NCBI RefSeq assembly: GCF_009834535.1
Contig: NC_045696.1
Location: 2,358,001 to 2,422,000, forward strand
Length of the DNA stretch: 64,000 bases
Origin: Camelus ferus
Lineage: Eukaryota
Direction of reading: 5' to 3'
Notes under the pieces: model-generated
What the model saw: the letters and a program-made list of their open reading frames with translations, nothing else
What the model was told of the DNA's origin: nothing
The model's database searches: none
In this document: one piece after another, positions 61,256-64,000 of the stretch
Numbering within the stretch: position 1 is the stretch's first letter
Layout: each line of letters begins with the position of its first letter
Made by a program: the position numbers and the translations under genes

Positions 61256-63429
61256 CTTCAGCTGTTGCGTTGGAAACTTGGTATTAGGCAGTTGTGTATT
61301 GTAATGCACACACGTGGTCGGTAGAAAAAGCTCTCCTTACATTGTTTGTTTTGGGCCCGTTAGCTGTATACTCAGAAGTCCGGTTTTTCATAAAACAATG
61401 TCACAGCAAGGGCCTCAGGGGTGAAAGCGTGTGCACGGGTGTGTGCCAGGCCCCGCGCTCCACGGCTCCTCCTCAGCTGCGCCCGGGCCCCTGGCGGAGA
61501 ACGGAGGGGGACACATTTCATTTCTCACGGATGCCAGGACATGTGAAGATGGAATTCCATCTCACTCACTCCTTAGAGTCACAGCAGCACGTGCCATGTC
61601 CCTCAGTGTGACACCGTAGGCGCCTGGGCTCTGGGCCTCCTGTAGGAGCAAAACCAAAACCCGTGTACATTTGTGCTCTCTTTCTGCCGCGCGTGGCAGT
61701 TTAGAATAACTGCGTTTTTCTTCTCGGTAGGTTTTACGGGCCAGTGTGCGGCTCACGGCTGAGGCAGAACGAAGCAGCTTTCAGGGAGGCAGAGCTGCTT
61801 GAGTTTCATGAGCCGACATGCTGTGGAGCCTGGCTCATCAGGACCGGAGAAACGTTGTAAGAGGCAGTTTAAAATTCGAGGCGGAAATCGGTCCGTCTCT
61901 GCTGCGTGGTTCTGTAGGTCCTGATCGTCGGCGAACAGCGTTGAGGGTGTTGCGTTTGTGCTTTGCTAGCCTGGTGCCATTTTCTTTTCAGCTGTTTGTT
62001 TGATGAGGTAACAGGAGATAAACTAGTATGATTAGTTAGTTCTGACTCTAGAAATGCAGGGTCTTTTTTCTGCCAAAGATGGGATCAGTGGCACATAGAG
62101 AAAAATGAAGCTGGGCCAAACCCGTGAACGTTGTGTAGTTTAGCTAATTAGTAGAGGGATGTGACTAAAAAGGGTAAGTTTGTTTCCTCCTAAGTTTACA
62201 GTGCTAAGGCTAGCAGGAGTTCTTATGAAGACTCCTTTAGGAAGGAACGTATGTCAAATACATGCTTTGAATGTGTCACTGGAAAAGTGCTAACAGCCAA
62301 TTTTAAGAAGTGACTAGCCTTTCTAATATTTTTGCTCTTCTTATGGAGGTCAAAGGGAAAACATGGATTCTCCAATTTGTTTTACATCTAAAGGCCTAAA
62401 AAACTCTCAATTTTGAAAGTATGCATAAAAGCCTGTATGTGGCAGTGTCTGAGGCGTCTTGTGCATTTTAAAATCAGAAATAGAAGCAGTAAAATGGTAC
62501 ATAGGTTTTTTTTTTTTTAATTTAATTTTTAAAAGAGTTCCTTTTCTGTTTAAGTTAAGAAACTTTGTCTCCTTGGTGCTGTCAGTTTGTGCGTAAAGGC
62601 CTGAGGCCTGCCAGGCCGACAGCCGGACTTCACCTGCCCCCGCCGGCGATCAGGGCAGCCCCTCGCTGTCAGGTTGCTCGTGGCCCATCCGGTCGGTGCT
62701 CCGTGGGGCCTGAGGAGCAGACGCTCGCTAGGATGCAGATCAGCACACTTGCTCGTGGCGCGAGTGGGGACAAGCCTCGCGTTGCAAGGAGTTCTCATCC
62801 CAGATGCTTGTGTAGCCCCGTGCCTCTCGCTTGTTCAGGGATCTCCAGGCTGATTAGGGTGCCAAGCATAGTGTCACAAGTCTGGGACTTGAAGAAGATC
62901 AGCCAAGGCCTGAAGTCAGGCCACAGGCAAGGAGGGGTTTTAGGAGAAGTTGTAAATGTGCCCGTTACCCTGATCCTGCCAGACCTGCCGTTAGCTGTAC
63001 GGCATGATGTTAATATGAATGCAGACGGTTGAGAAGTACTTCTGTAGGCGTGCTAGTTTTCTGAGAAGCCTTGAAGCTGACGTCTGCTCTGTTTCCGTCC
63101 GTGACGTAGGTGCTTAGACCGCTGCGGGAGGACTTCTCTGATGCAGCGTCCTGTAGGGAGTGCAGCCTCAGGAGGCGCAGCGAACGAACCCATTAAATGG
63201 TCTTTGGATACTTTTCAAGTCCAGGCCCGGGTCGGGAGAGCAAGAGACAGCTGGTCCACCTTCTTTTTCCTGGGGTTCATCTTCAAGGCCCGGCTGTCTC
63301 TGCTCTGAGAGTGTGCACGGTTGTTTGTCTTCAGATGTCGAATGCGGAGGCCTTTTAATGTGCCAGTGCATGTTACACAGGGAAGACTAATGCTGCCTTT
63401 TTTTGTTGCTGTTATTTGTAATCCTCAAG

Positions 63430-63975
63430 TTTTTTGAACTGTGGTAAAATTTACCACAGAAACATAAATAATGAATGTAAAATTTACCATTTAAGCCATT
63501 TTTAAGTGTGGAATGCACTGGCATTAAATATACTCACAGAGTTGTGCAACCGTTAGCCCTGTGTTTCCACAGCAAGCAGAAGCTCTGTACCCGTTCATCT
63601 TCCAGCTGCCCTCCTCCCGCCCCCGGCACCCTGTGTTCCGGTCCTATGAATTTGACTTCTCAAGTACCTCATAGAAGTGGAATCAAATATTTGTCCTTCT
63701 CTGACTGGCTGACTTCACTCGGCATAAAGGCTTCAAGGTTCACCCATGTTATAGCAGGTGTCAGAACTTCATTCCTCTTTATGGTGCATGAAATTCCCTC
63801 GTGTCTATGTAACACGTTTTGTTTATCCATTCATCTGAGGATGGACAAGGGTTTAAGCTTTGGCTGTCGTGAATGCCGCAGTGAACGTAGGTTGTACAGG
63901 TATCTGAGCTCCTGCTTTCCAGTCTCTTGGGTGTGTGCCTACGTGTGAAACTGCTGCACCACGTGGATCAGGGTT
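63430..63975 (-). mobile_element. L1MB-like 3' end downstream of the gene
   Basis: aaaatttaccatttaagccatttttaagtgt...ctatgaatttgact..agtacctcatagaagtggaatca...caaggttcacccatgttatagca. Confidence 0.88.
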
Positions 63976-64000
63976 TTCTCTCGACATAAAATCGCATTGT

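Noticed and set aside
1..64000. CRISPR array, prokaryotic operon or horizontally transferred insert
   Set aside because: No regularly spaced repeat-spacer array and no gene-dense segment; the window is explained by one spliced mammalian gene and mammalian repeats.

Overview
This window is mammalian nuclear DNA, most likely camelid, judging from two tRNA-Ala-derived SINEs resembling the Camelidae Vic-1 family and several young cetartiodactyl-type L1 3' ends. It holds the 3' six coding exons of one + strand gene, HSF2BP (MEILB2, the meiotic BRCA2-binding armadillo-repeat protein): 6466-6569, 14729-14878, 16602-16734, 25721-25838, 34638-34741 and 60513-60721 (stop TAG), with a probable poly(A) signal at 61225-61230. 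All five internal introns are GT-AG and the splice phases join into one open frame; the 5' exons lie upstream of the window. The remainder is intron and 3' flank filled with old and young repeats (L1, L2, MIR, MaLR LTRs, hAT MITEs, SINEs, microsatellites). Almost all ORFs in the supplied track are chance ORFs or decayed L1 pieces. I found no new gene, RNA gene, CRISPR array or novel multi-gene system. The most notable unexplained signal is a patchy AT-to-GC, CpG-gaining shift that has rewritten old repeats and appears to extend into the last HSF2BP exon, consistent with GC-biased gene conversion (inference). Exon numbers, human comparisons and repeat family names come from recalled sequences, not searches, and repeat boundaries are approximate unless a TSD is given.
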